This document shows, piece by piece, positions 13,617 to 27,041 of a stretch of DNA of 64,000 bases. The DNA lies in contig OX597829.1 of the NCBI GenBank assembly GCA_951406725.2, positions 17,608,001-17,672,000 of the forward strand, given 5' to 3'. The stretch comes from Octopus vulgaris (Eukaryota). The notes under the pieces were generated by a model. The model did not search any database and had not been told where the DNA came from. It worked only from the letters and a program-made list of their open reading frames with translations. The translations under genes and the position numbers were made by a program. Numbering within the stretch: the stretch's first letter is position 1; every line of letters starts with the position of its first letter.

Positions 13617-13988
13617 TGTATGTATGTATGTATGTATGTATGTATGTATGTATGTATGTATGTATGTATGTATGTATGTATGTATGTATGCATGCATGCA
13701 TGCATGCATGCATGCATGCACGTATGTATGTATGTATGTATGCATGCATGCATGTATGTATGTATGTATGTATGTATGTATGTATGTATGTATGTATGTA
13801 TGCATGCATGTATGTATGTATGTATGTATGTATGTATGTACGCATGCATGTATGTATGTATGCATGTATGTATGTATGTATCTATGTATTTATGTATGTA
13901 TGTATGTATGAATGTATGTATGTATGTATGTATGTATGTATGTATGTATGTATGTATGTATGTATGTATGTATGTATGTATGTATGTA
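13617..13988. repeat. (TATG)n/(CATG)n microsatellite
   Basis: Direct reading. Confidence 0.98.
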
Positions 13989-14162
13989 TATATTCTCTTA
14001 TTTGTTTCAGTCACTAGCTGGAGCACCGCCTTAAAGGGCTTTAGTCGAAGAAATCGACCCCAAGATTTATGCTTTGTAAGCCTAGTACTTATCCTATCGG
14101 AGTCATATATATATATATATATATCTCATAGTGAGTTACTTTCATAACCCCTATCTTACTTT

Positions 14163-14200
<38 letters not shown>

Positions 14201-14299
14201 CATATATCATGATGCCCCAGCATGGCCGCAGTCTAATGACTGAAACAAGTAAAAGATGAAAAATAAAAGATATATCTATATCTATATATATATTCTGTT

Positions 14300-14660
14300 A
14301 TTCTTTCACTTGTGTCAGTCATTTGACTGCGGCCATACTGAAGCATCGCTTTTAACCGAAGAATTCGACACTAGGACTTATTTTTTGTAAGCCTAGTACT
14401 TATTCCACTGGTCACTTTTGCCGAACCGCTACGTTATGGGGACGTAAACACACCACCATCAGTTGTGAAGTGATGGGGGTGGGGACAAACACAGACACAC
14501 ACACACACACACACACATACATATATGTACATATAAACTACGGGCTTCATACAATTTCCGTCTACCAATCTACTCATAAGGCTTTGGCTGGCCCGTGCCT
14601 ATAACAGAAGACACATGCCAAAGGTTCCACGCTGTGGGACTGAACCCGGAACCATTTGAT
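14300..14660 (-). mobile_element. SINE family B, divergent, with internal (CA)n
   Basis: Reverse complement of the family B tail, body and GTGGGACTGAACCCGGAACCA head. Confidence 0.8.
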
Positions 14661-15651
14661 TGAGAACGGTCTTTTTTCACTTTACTTCTTTTCCTTCACA
14701 ACTTCGAAGTCACGTGATCAGTTTGGCGCGAAGTAGCACTGAACCTGGAGCTTTGCCGTTGGGAACCAAACTTCGTACCACACAGCCATGCATGTATATA
14801 TGCATATAAATTTATTTACATATGTTTATACGTGCCCCTAAAGTTATATGTATATACTGATATACTTAATATGTCTACGTCAAAGAAGTTTGGTGGTGGG
14901 GAAGTGAACTAGTTTATTTGTTGCATACATACAAGTAACGTACTACCATCACCTTATTTTGTCCTTATTCTTTTTATATTTTCGTTTTCATTTTTCCCTT
15001 CTTTCCTCTTCCCTGTTGTTCCTCATATAAGCTTTTATTACTCATTTATCTATCTCAGCGATAAACACACCAGCTGTCGGCTCACTGGTTTCCCATTATT
15101 GACGCTAAGCATTCATTAATGACATCATAACCTACTGCGGCCACTATAATAATTTGTGTATGTTTATAGAGAAATGAAATCACCCCCTGCCTTTTTTTTT
15201 AATGTAATCGGTGAGTAGAAGACGCCATTGATTCTAAACCGATTCTAATCTCTATTCCAGTCTTTTTATTCTTTCTATTGCTCCATTGCGGTAGCTATTT
15301 CCCACTGAGCAGTGGTATGTACCTGATGAAAAATTATATTGATAATGTTATGTAAAATGCCTTGATGAGATTTTGAAACATTTGTAGTACTTCCCTACTT
15401 TCTCCATCCCTTTAATTTATACATTTTTTTATCTTATTACCAACAAAATGTTTTGCTTTCGAAATGGAGTTGCAATGGACTTCTCATAGGAATTTTTTCT
15501 TCAATCATTATATGGGACGAACTGCTTGATATATTGTTTAATGAATTTTATTGACAAATTTTGGGGTTCATCTGTATCTCTGTTTTCTATACAATCCATG
15601 TTTATGCTTGAGATTAAGCAACTGCGTTTTTCCACAATTACTCAAATCACA

Positions 15652-15685
<34 letters not shown>

Positions 15686-15702
15686 GCATACACACACACA
15701 CA

Positions 15703-15774
<72 letters not shown>

Positions 15775-15910
15775 TCGTTCAATTGTTCTGAACTGATCAA
15801 CAGACCAACTCAGTAAACCTATCAGTAATGCACCTATAATTACTAACAGCAAACAACTCATAAAGGAAAAATATGTAATGACCATTATTTATAACTTGTC
15901 TTATATGTAC

Positions 15911-16208
15911 ATTGGCCCAGTGGTTTGGGCAGCGGACTCGCGGTTGTAGGATCGTAGTTTCGATTCCTAGACCGTTGTGAGTGTTTATTGAGACGAAAAC
16001 ACTTAAAGCTCCACGAAGCTGCGGCAGGGAATGGTAGCGATCCCTGCTGTACGCTTTTGCCACAACTTTCTCCCACTTTTTCCTCTGTTGTCCTGCTCGC
16101 TTCGCCAGCGGGGTGGCGTCATTTGAAGGCTAAAACAATGCGAAGCGTATTGTGACCAGCAATGTGTAGCAACATCTGATAACCTGGTCGGTCACGGTGA
16201 TCACGTGA
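15911..16208 (+). mobile_element. SINE family D, tail type 2
   Basis: TGGCCCAGTGGTTTGGGCAGCGGACTCGCGG...GTTTCGATTCCTAGACC head; tail ...CTGGTCGGTCACGGTGATCACGTGA also seen degenerate at ~37600-37720 (minus). Confidence 0.8.
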
Positions 16209-16232
16209 TATATATATTTATATGTGTGTATG

Positions 16233-16270
<38 letters not shown>

Positions 16271-16275
<5 letters not shown>

Positions 16276-16356
16276 TATAATAGTGTATCATATATATATA
16301 TATATTTATTATAATAGTATATCATATATATATATATATATATATTATAATAGTAT

Positions 16357-16399
<43 letters not shown>

Positions 16400-16528
16400 T
16401 ATAATAGTGTATCAGATATATATATATATTTATTATAATAGTGTATCAGATATATATATATATATATATATTTATTATAATAGTATATCATATATATATA
16501 TATATATATATATTTATTATAATAGTGT

Positions 16529-16564
<36 letters not shown>

Positions 16565-16577
16565 ATTATAATAGTAT

Positions 16578-16582
<5 letters not shown>
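16271..16582. repeat. Compound minisatellite: 8 copies of TTTATTATAATAGT(G/A)TATCA separated by variable (TA)n
   Basis: Units counted at ~16271, 16305, 16343, 16395, 16428, 16471, 16514 and 16561. Confidence 0.92.
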
Positions 16583-16612
<30 letters not shown>

Positions 16613-17011
16613 TTATACACATATATATCTTCATATGTCGATCTATCTGTCAATCATTCCATGTATATATCTATCGTTATGAATATTTAACTTGTCATTC
16701 CACATTAATTCTTTCCTCCTTTATGCATGGAGTTGATTCTTTCTCATTTTGTCTCCTACTCCTTTCAACACTTTTACCTCCTCACCAGCTCTACCTTTCT
16801 ACATTCTCTATCACCCTTTCCGTTCACCCCTCTCTCTCTCACTCACACTCTCTCTTTCACTCACACTCTCTCTCTCTTTCTGTTTTCACTCATCCCCATC
16901 TTCTCATCCTCTGTTAAACTATACATTCAATGTCCTTTATGTCGCCCTCTGATTGAGGATGCGTGAACGGAAGGCGCGTGTCTTGATGCGTATGTGCGTA
17001 TGTCAGTAAAC

Positions 17012-17048
<37 letters not shown>

Positions 17049-17089
17049 TACACACAAGCAGACACAAACATGTATATATATATATATAT

Positions 17090-17150
<61 letters not shown>

Positions 17151-17151
17151 C

Positions 17152-17184
<33 letters not shown>

Positions 17185-17317
17185 CGTGTGTGTGTATGTT
17201 GTATATACACACACATGCAAGCATGTACATGTACGGATCTATGTCTGTAAATATATATATATATATGTGTGTGTATGTGTGTATATAAAGACATAAATAC
17301 TTACGCACAAACACTCA

Positions 17318-17379
<62 letters not shown>

Positions 17380-17640
17380 AATCCCATTTCTCGCTACGCC
17401 TGTCCTCCCTACACACTCTATATATAATTAAGTAAGAAAGCAAAAATAATCAGTGTACATTTTAATTCCTGGACGCTTGATATCAAAATAAAGATAACCA
17501 AATATTTAAAGACTGAGAGTGTGGATTTACCGGAAAAACAACAATTTAACATGGCGGTTTGGAACCGGCTTTGCTTGCGTACATAACCTTAACACACACT
17601 TTTATATTGTAATTCAATTTATCAGAGTAGCTCCTCTCTC

Positions 17641-17705
<65 letters not shown>

Positions 17706-17798
17706 TAGCCTATACATGTATGTGTGCGTAGGAATATATGTATGTGTGCATGTACATATGTATATATGTATGTATGAATATATGTGTCTATATGTTTG

Positions 17799-17832
<34 letters not shown>

Positions 17833-18089
17833 TGTATGTATGTATGTATGTATGCATGCATGCATGTATGTATATATGAATGTATGTATGTATGTATGCA
17901 TGTATGTATGTATGTATGTATGCATGTATTCAGACTTGGAAACTTTTGCCTTTGTAAATGGAAAGCAGAACTGCATCGACCCAGTGTTGCCGGAGAAACT
18001 CTACATGTTGTACAGCTCAAACAGGCGCGTGGATGGCCCTAGCAACACTCGCTCTTCCAAGGTGAATCAGCTCAACAGGTATTCCATAA

Positions 18090-18322
18090 GGCGGCGAGCT
18101 GGCAGAACCGTTAGCACGCCGGGCGAAATGCTTAGCGGTATTTCGTCTGCCGCTACGTTCTGAGTTCAAATTACGCCGAGGTCGACTTTGCCTTTCATCC
18201 TTTCGGGGTCGATTAAATAAGTACCAGTTACGCACTGGGGTCGATGTAATCGACTTAATCCGTTTGTATGTCCATGTTTGTCCCCTGTGTTTGGCCCCTT
18301 GCGGCTAATAAAGAAATAGGTA
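18090..18322 (+). mobile_element. SINE A, full length
   Basis: Complete head-to-tail match to other copies. Confidence 0.92.
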
Positions 18323-18479
18323 TTCTATCCACACCTCAATCTTTTCCTATGTTTATCTTTTTGATAGAAGTCCTTATTTCATCATTGGTTGGATTATGTC
18401 TGTCATAATCTCCTTTTGCGGCAATCCATTACTAATTACATCATCGGCTACAGATGGGTTATAAAACAGATCGTTAAAG

Positions 18480-18648
18480 GTTACGTTCTGAGTTCAAATT
18501 CCGCCGAGGTCGACTTTGCCTTTCATCCTTTCGGGGTCGATAAATAAAGTACCAGTTTCGCACAGGGGTCGATGTAATCGACTTAATCCCTTTGTCTGTC
18601 CTTGTTTGTCTCCTCTATGTTTAGCCCCTTCTGGGCAGCAAAGAAATA
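18480..18648 (+). mobile_element. 5'-truncated SINE A with perfect 20-bp TSD
   Basis: TATAAAACAGATCGTTAAAG at 18460-18479 and 18649-18668. Confidence 0.92.
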
Positions 18649-19127
18649 TATAAAACAGATCGTTAAAGTGTTCAGTCCTTCATGAATTCTGGATATTTTA
18701 TGAGGGCATTCCCATTTTTTAACTTCAATGGTGCCACTTTTAAGGGCTGTGAGCCAAAGATTTACCTTATTCTGTTGCATAATACCTTCAAGTCTTTATT
18801 GACATAAATTGTGAATGGAGGGTAGATGATGATAGGGGTTAGTAGTTGAATAAATAAAGGAAGGAAGACATGAGAAGAATTCTTTAAAACAGGATGTGAG
18901 AACATTAGGTTTGAAAAATAAGCTTGTACTGTAATGGAATGTATTGAAGAGCCTAAGGTTCTTGCCTGGAGAAAGATTGAAATTATATTAATGATCATTA
19001 TAATAGTTGTGACAGTGATGACGGAGATGGAAAAAAATTGTGACAAAATTTACATTGATGGAAGGATGATGGCTGAGATGATATTGATTAAAAAAGAGAG
19101 ATGGAACTCTTGTCGCTATGGTAAATC

Positions 19128-19441
19128 ACTGGATTGCGAAAGTTAGTGCTACTTTCGGGGAAATTCGAGAAGCGAGTGTGGTCTGATCAGGATACCACCA
19201 AAGACACGAAACTCGCTGCACATCCCTGCTGAACGCTGCAGAGCGTGGACAATATACAGGCATCATATCAAATAGCTGGTATTGCATTGTATCCGGAGCA
19301 TCCTGAACGTAAGGTTGTCCTCTTACGCACCTTTTATTGTTGTACCTGACTACAGTGCCAGCGCAAATCTGGCTGGAATTGGAGGACAATGTGTGTATAT
19401 AAACACATACTTACTTACGCACACACACTCACACACAAACA

Positions 19442-19485
<44 letters not shown>

Positions 19486-19740
19486 CACACACACACACAC
19501 ACTCACACTCATACACACTCACACTCACACACTCACACTCACAAACACACACACACACACAGAAATCCCCTTTCTCACTACCCCTGTCCCCTCTGCACAC
19601 TCTGTGTCTAATTAAGTAAGAAAGCAAAAATAATCAGTGTACATTTTTATTCCTGGACGGTTCATATCAAAATAAAGTTAAACAATGATTTCTCCTGTCA
19701 AGATCTGGGTTTATTAACCATCTAAAGTCACATGTACTAA
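19128..19740 (+). pseudogene. RTE-clade LINE ORF C-terminal remnant, interrupted at ~19390-19685
   Basis: Frameshifted translation TKDTKLA..TSLLNAAE.WTIYRHHIK*L...HCIRSILNVR resembles the RTE/BovB post-RT region; SRSGFINHLKSH at ~19698-19733 resembles the RTE terminal motif. Confidence 0.65.
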
Positions 19741-20142
19741 AGAGAAATCGAGATACTTGTGAGATGATCCTAACGCCGCGCACAATTTCCCCTTATATTA
19801 TGTGGAGCAGCGCATTTCAAACGAACTGACAGAGAAAGACCTATCTTAAAATCAAAGTAAATTGTCGACTTTTTACTTTCAAGTCGAATACAAATATTTC
19901 TTGTTAACAAAAACCATTCATTTTCCGTTGTGGTTTTGTTCTCAATAACGTTTGACTCATGTGATCTGATATAAACAACGTAACGCTGAGGCCCCACTCC
20001 TTTACCAAATTAAGGGTTTTTAAAAAATATTTTATAGTCCAGCAGGGCATTTTCTTGATCAAGAAAAAAATTATATCAGCTAAGTAAAGTTGTATATGAT
20101 AGCATGAACTGTTTCCTTTTCCCTTGTTCAGTTTAAATAAGG

Positions 20143-20174
<32 letters not shown>

Positions 20175-20420
20175 TGTATGTATGTATGTATGTATGTATG
20201 TATGTATGTATGTATGTATGTATGTGTGCGCACGCATGTATATATATATATATATATAAATAAATGCAGTCCTGGTGTCTGTACACGTAAATACATAAGT
20301 CCTGGGGTCGATTTGTTCGACTAAAACACTACAAGGTGGTGCTCTAGCATAGCCGCAGTCAAATGACTGAAACGAGTAAAAGAATAAAAATATATATATA
20401 TATACACATACATACACTTT

Positions 20421-20466
<46 letters not shown>

Positions 20467-21713
20467 TGTGTGTGTGTAAGTGTGTATGTGTGTGTGTGTA
20501 TAAGTGTTTGTATAAATGCATATGTATGTGTGTGTATACATACATGTATAAATATATACATACACATATTTATACACACATATGTATATATATGCATATG
20601 CGTGTTTACATGTACATATCTAGCTACCTATATATATGTATGTATGTATGAATGTATATATGTATGTATGTATCTATGTATGTATGTATGTATGTATGTA
20701 TGAATGTATGTATGTATGTATGTATGTATGTATGCATGTATGTGTGTATGTATGTGTGTATGTGAGTATAAGATACATGCACAAGCACACACACATATAT
20801 ATAATAATAAATATAGAAGCATCGCCTACATTGTTATAGGCGTACATCATTTTATGCTGTTCCCTGTTGCTGCTAGCATTTGGTGATTTCTGGTGGTGCT
20901 GGCGCCGGCCTCTTGTTGGTGGCCGTGTTACAACTGTTGTTCGTATAACGCTTGCCGTTGCTACTTCTGCTTTTCAACGATGAAAAACAGAGCAGTATTT
21001 TTCAACAGTCAGTATTGTTGCTTCTAAAAACAATAATGCAAGAAGAGCGACTACTGCCAAAACAGTGTATGGTACTCGTTATAAAAACATTTCTTACATT
21101 GCAAAACTTTCGTTCTGGAATTGAATTGTATGTAAGTGAATATAAGTAAATAGATTGACGTTTTCTGTGTATATAAACAATAGAAAGGGTGTAAAAACCA
21201 ACGTACTACCAACAGGGTCGTCTTAAATCATGGGGCTACCCTGGGTTCTTGCCTAGAGACCTTGAGGGCTTAGGTGCCCAATTCTGATTTAAGTATATAG
21301 GGATAATGCTGTCCTGAGATAAGAAGAATACAGCCCAGTGTATATGACCTTGTACTATGTACTGGACCTTCATATCGTGACTAAATGTGCTAGATATAAC
21401 AGACAAATATCCTTCGCATTTCACTCTACTTACTTGAAAAAAAATATATACATAAATAAATTGAGTGCAGTTCCTAATTCGTAGAAACTAATAGAAAAAT
21501 AAGTGTAAATGTCCGTGACTAGAACGACTTTGATCCTGTGTTGTTATATCAAATAAAGCTGGTGTTAAAACAACAGCAGCGACAACTTCAAGAGGAAGGT
21601 AACACCTATAAGACTAGATACACAATGACAAGATTTATATTTACGTGCACGTGCGAGTGTGTCTGAGAGACAGAGAGGAAGGGTGAGGGATGGGGAGAGG
21701 TGATATGCATGCA

Positions 21714-21947
21714 GGTCGGCGAGCTGGCAGAAACGTTAGCACGCCCGGGCGAAATGCGTAGCCCCTATTACGTCCGCCGCTACGTTCTGAGTTCAAGTTC
21801 TGCCGAGGTCGACTTTGCCTTTCATCCTTTTTTCGGGGTCGATAAATTAAGTACCAGTTACGCACTGCGGTCAATGTAATCGACTTAATCCGTTTGTCTG
21901 TCCTTGTTTGTCCTCCCTGTGTTTAGCCCTTTGTGGGTAGTAAAGAA
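21714..21947 (+). mobile_element. SINE A, full length
   Basis: Head-to-tail match. Confidence 0.9.
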
Positions 21948-22744
21948 CGCATACGTGTGTGTGTGTGTGTGCTTGTATGCGTAAATTCTCATGTGCTGAT
22001 GCTGATCTTATTTTCTTATATGTGTTGTTGTTTTGCCGCAAGTCATAACTGGTTATTTAAATAATACGACCAATATTCTTTTCTAACCTTCATCATACAA
22101 CCCACGCCTGAGATTATGACATTCCTAGGACAACAATATCCTGATTGCATCCCCCATTTCCTCTAATTCTCTCTCTCTCTCTCTTCCCCACTTCTGTCCT
22201 TTCTTTCTTTCTCTCCCTCTTCCTCTCCCACCCTCTCTCTAGAACTTTTTTAAAGATAGGAGCGTTAAATTTTAAGACTTATTTCTTATAGGCTGGGCAC
22301 CCGCTCAGACGTCTACCGTTGGATTCTCTCTGCTTGGCCTATGTGTATCAATAATTTTTGCAAATGTGACAACACATCACGAATCGGTTTGTATGATTGT
22401 AAAATCACCTTTACGTAGATTTCTCCGATGTTGCACAAGACTTAAAGTTCTAAATGTCTTTGTTCTTCGTTCTCCGTATAAAAAGATTAACAAGCATTTC
22501 ATCACGATTGCCATAATCAGTGAAACATACATCTTACTAAACATATTTAACAGCGGATTTTAAATTTCCTTTCTTGAGAATATGAAAGCTCTCTCTATTC
22601 TGCAAAAACAGAATTATATTTTCTGGATTCTTATCTGTCACTGGATAAGTTAATAAATAAGAAAACAACCTGTTATAAAATTTCTTGAAAGTTTTCTCGT
22701 TTCCCTTAAGCAATTAAGGGAAACAAGAAATAACTTTCAAGAAA

Positions 22745-22948
22745 TAGCCGGCATATCCCTGTGTTCCTAGGCCATTTCAGGCGTATGCACTGCCCACTGA
22801 TGTGGGATATAGTCTCGGAAGCGTTGCCGCAACACCTGCAGGTATTATCGCCGCGGCCTCTACGAGTGATGCACTCCCGTGTGGGAAACTGGTGCGCATA
22901 TTGTGTAGACCCAAGTAGCACTCCTCAGATATCTCTCCCGGTCGTGAC
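22745..22948 (-). pseudogene. Fragment of an RLE-type (R2/NeSL-like) non-LTR retrotransposon, CCHC zinc-knuckle region
   Basis: ORF 22706-22921: FPTRECITRRGRGDNTCRCCGNASETISHISGQC fits the PT...RGR...CxxC...ETxxHxxxxC pattern. Confidence 0.7.
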
Positions 22949-22961
22949 ACCCAAGTCAGGT

Positions 22962-23266
22962 TGTTTGTTCCTTGTCGAGCCATGCCTGGCTCATAAGGGC
23001 CGGTTTCCCGGTTTCCTTGACGTATAGGTTCCCCACCTGGACGGGACGCCGGTCCGTCGCAGGTGAGCTGCAAGATGCAGGAGGAAAGAGCGAGAGAAAG
23101 TTGTGGCGAAAGAGTCAGCAGAAGTTTCGCTATTATCTTCTGCTGGAGCCGCGTGGAGCTTAGGTGTTTCGCTCATAAACACACACACCGCCCGGTCTGA
23201 GATTCGAACCCGCGACCCCTCGACCGCGAGTCCGCTGCTCTAACTACTAGACCATGTGCCTCCACA
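22962..23266 (-). mobile_element. SINE family D, tail type 3, with 13-bp TSD
   Basis: ACCCAAGTCAGGT at 22949-22961 and 23269-23281; head GGTCTAGTAGTTAGAGCAGCGGACTCGCGGTC...GGTTCGAATCTC; CCTGCGACGGACCGGCGTCCCGTCCAGG segment. Confidence 0.88.
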
Positions 23267-23552
23267 CAACCCAAGTCAGGTCCCTCGCATTGACACAGAA
23301 AAGTTTAAAATAATCCTACGTTGTTATTTTTCTTGCTGGTGTTGCTGCTGTTTCGCCATTTTAAGAAGCTCTCTTATACGATTGTGACTGTTTTAGATTC
23401 TGTCTGTTCGTTCGATGATTTTCATTGTCAAATCCCTTTCAAATTCTCTTTAATTCCTATTTTTCTCTAATAAATTGATTATGTTCAAGATGGTGAGTTC
23501 ATAGAATCGTTAATACGCCGTACGAAATGCTCTGTGGTATTAATTCCGTAAA

Positions 23553-23787
23553 GGCGGCGAGCTGGCAGAATCGTTAGCACGTCGGGCGAGATGCTTAGCG
23601 GTATTTCGTCTGCCGTTACGTCCTGAGTTCAAATTCCGCCGAGGTCGACTTTGCCTTTCATCCTTTCGGGGTCGATTAAATAAGTACCAGTTACGCACTG
23701 GGTTCGATATAATCGACCTAATCCCTTTGTCTGTCCTTGTTTGTCCTCTCTGTGTTTAGCCCCTTGTGGGTAGTAAAGAAATAGGTA
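23553..23787 (+). mobile_element. Young SINE A nested in an older A-related copy (~23490-23950)
   Basis: GGTATT(A/T)ATTCCGT on both sides; the older head and body continue across the insertion. Confidence 0.85.
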
Positions 23788-24635
23788 TTTATTCCGTCCT
23801 TACGTTTTGAGTCCAAATTCCATCGAGGTCGACTTTGCTTGTCATCCTTCTAGGATCGATGCAATAAGTGCCAGCAAAGCACTGGGGTCCATGAAGTAAA
23901 TTCATCCTCTCCCTCGAAATTGCTGGCCTTGTGCCAAAATTTTAGACCAATACGTCTATGACGTGTTTCTTTACGTGAACGTTACCACATTTGTGTTGTC
24001 TACCTCTTTTTGTCACTTTTGAGGTGGACATTTTCCAGTAAATATCTTTTATCTCTATTTTATACTTATTTCAGTTATTGGATTGCGGTCATGCTAGGGC
24101 ATATCTCTTTTAAACTCTCGTATTTATTCTAACGTACTCTTTTACTGAATAGCTAAGATAGGGTGACGAAAACAAACCAACATTGGTTGTCAAACGCTAG
24201 GGATGTATGTATGTGTGTATGTATGTATGTGTGATATGTATGTATATATGTGTGTGGAAGTTGATGCTTAAAATGTGCGATGAATTACTGTATACGGGTG
24301 AGATGAATAGTAACCAAGTTAAAATAGGTGTGGGGTTTTACACACTTTCCATCAATCAAATTCTCTCACGAAGCATTACTTAGCTCGATCTATAGGAGAA
24401 GTCACTGGCCCAAGGTGTTACTGAATGGGATTGAACTCCAAACCACATGGTTGCGAAGCTAACTTCAGGGACTACAGATAAATTTACTCGAAAATAAAAT
24501 TTATCCTTTAGTCTAAATAATAAAGTAGATGCTTTAATAAATGGAGATGAAAAATATGAAAAACGAATTGATGCAGAAAATATTATATATATTAATAAAT
24601 GAAATGGTAATTTCATTTATTAATGAAATTATTCT

Positions 24636-25050
24636 GCGAGTTGGCAGAAACGTTAGCACGCCGGGCGAAATGCTTAGCGGTATTTCGTCTGCCGCTACGT
24701 TCTGAGTTCAAATTCCGTCGAGGTCGACTTTGCCTTTCATCCCTTCGGGGTCGATAACTTAAGTACCAGTTACGCACTGGGGTCGATATAATCGACTTAA
24801 TCTGTTTGTCTGTCCTTGTTTGTCCCCTCTGTGTTTAGCCCCTTGTGGGTAGTAAAGAAATTGGTATTTCGTCTGTCGTTACGTTTCGAGTTCAAATTCC
24901 GCCGAGGTCGACTTTGCCTTTCATCCTTTCGGGGTCGATAACTTAAGTACCAGTTACGCACTGGGGTCGATGTAATCGACTTAATCCGTTTGTCTGTCTT
25001 TGTTTGTCCCCTCTGTGTTTAGCCCCTTGTGGGTAGTAAAGAAATAAGAA
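24636..25050 (+). mobile_element. SINE A, head plus two tandem body units
   Basis: Body restarts at GGTATTTCGTCTG (~24863) after AAAGAAATT. Confidence 0.9.
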
Positions 25051-25275
25051 TTTCATGAACGAAATGGTAATCCGTGAAGAAATAAATTTTCTACGTGAAG
25101 TTCTGTGAAAAGGAGACTGTTAACCACCCCCACTACCAAAAACATGTGTGACGATGACAATGACAACGATGATAAGACAAAACAACTGCAACGACAACGT
25201 TAAGGAGCGGGTGTTTAAAATTGCTTAATCGGATGCCGCGCTTCACTTTGGCATGAACTTGATAAAAGATATTTA

Positions 25276-25660
25276 TCTCTCTCTATATAAACGGCAGTTT
25301 GTCTGTGCGTGTTTCTGTGTGTCTGTTTGCTTGTACCCTCACCCTGACCATGGCTTTCAACCGATTCTGATGAAACTTGACACACACATAGCCCAATGTC
25401 ATAATTCAAAACTAACGCAGCGACAATTTTGAAAAGTTCCCCCAGTTCTGAAAAAAATCGATAAATTCGACATGGGGTCGAGAATCAGAAACACAAACCG
25501 CAAACTGTCTAGGGGACGCAACTCCACCTTTTTTAAATCTCAAAAAAAAATTTACCATCATTTTTTTCCATTTTTTTGCTATTTTTTGGCTATAACTCTC
25601 TAAAAATTCTTTATAGTTATTTCCCTTACAAACCTGAGCAACGCCGGGCGATACTGCTAG
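25276..25660 (+). mobile_element. Non-autonomous Helitron (~385 bp)
   Basis: Sits between A(25275) and T(25661) with no TSD; 5' TC...CTATATAAA, (TGTC)-rich tract, ACCGATTCTGATGAAACTT motif, subterminal GC hairpin CCTGAGCAACGCCGGG, 3' CTAG. Confidence 0.78.
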
Positions 25661-25962
25661 TGTATACATAAACAGACTTACACACAATCGCGAATAGATA
25701 GATAGATAGAAAAATAGATAAATAGACAGACAGGCAGATATATTTATAGATAAATAAATCGACAGGCAGATAGACAGACAGACAAACTGATAGATAGAGA
25801 GAAAGACAGTATGATAGATGGGGTGGGGGACAATAATAGGCAGATTGACTTGATAGACAAATGAATATATATATAGATAGAACGATAGATAGATAGATAT
25901 AGATATAGTTCTACACGCAAACGCATATACATACACATACGTACATACAAAATTACAGAGAC

Positions 25963-26008
<46 letters not shown>

Positions 26009-26681
26009 GTATATGTATATGCATGCACATACATACAAGAACAAATATATGAATTAATATATTAAAATACACTCACATACACCTACATTACACACACACA
26101 CACACATTTGTATACATACATACATACATACATACGTCCATAGTCACACATAAGGACAGATATAAAAACGTGCAAAGGTACATATGTTCGTCACACACAC
26201 ACATACACACACACACACTCACACACACATACACTCTTCCTCAGCTGGAGTGAGAAGAAATTTTCCAGTTATTTAATAGTCTTTACAGGAGTATGTCAGA
26301 AGTACGTTGCACCTGTTCTGTCTAATATTTAGGGAACCAACAGAAGTAATGGGGAAGGGGCTCCCTAGGTAATTGTTTTGGATAACGTAGTAGTGTTTTT
26401 TTGTTTTTCTTTTGTAATTATTACTTTGTCAGAGGAGGGATGGTGGCAATCACGTCTCTCTTCAGTGTTTCCAAGATTTGTGTTGGGGGAGGGAGGAGGT
26501 ATAATTTTCAGGGGACCTGGTCCGAGTGCTTTTTAACAGAGTGGACTCCGCTAAAGTTTAACCAGCATTCAGGTGGCGGTGATAAACCAGATATATTATA
26601 CCTGAAAGAAAGTAAAAAAAATAAATAAATAAAGGAAAAAAAGAAAAAAAACGAAATTTTTAGAAAAATGTAAAAACTTAC

Positions 26682-26772
26682 TGGGTGCCTAAAGAATGAA
26701 TGCTTTTGATTATAAGGTCTAATCATGCAAGGACTGACCTCTGTTGAAGAACAGTAAAAAACATCTGCAATC
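26682..26772 (-). other. Putative 91-nt internal exon of an unidentified minus-strand transcript
   Basis: Acceptor ttttttcaatttag|G, donor CCA|gtaagt, then an 80-nt T-rich GT-AG intron (26681-26602) ending tttactttctttcag|G; no recognisable protein. Confidence 0.35.
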
Positions 26773-26950
26773 CTAAATTGAAAAAATGACAGCAACATAT
26801 TGTTCCTTTTTTTTACCTTTTTGGAAGATGTGACCTTAGTGTATAGAACAATGAGATTTATACAGTTTGACATTCACTGTTCCCCTTCCTTCTTGTTTAC
26901 TGGGCGAACATCCAATATTCAGTGAAACGGCCTTCTCTAAGGACATAATG

Positions 26951-27041
<91 letters not shown>

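Noticed and set aside
16271-16582. CRISPR-like repeat-spacer appearance
   Set aside because: Spacers are only (TA)n, the context is eukaryotic and there are no cas genes
22378-22545. 55-aa minus-strand ORF with hydrophobic N-terminus after an acceptor-like site
   Set aside because: Short, AT-rich and with no known motif; expected by chance
25360-25380. CTGATGA hammerhead core
   Set aside because: No stem II or separate GAAA; it is part of the Helitron internal motif ACCGATT.TGATGAAACTT
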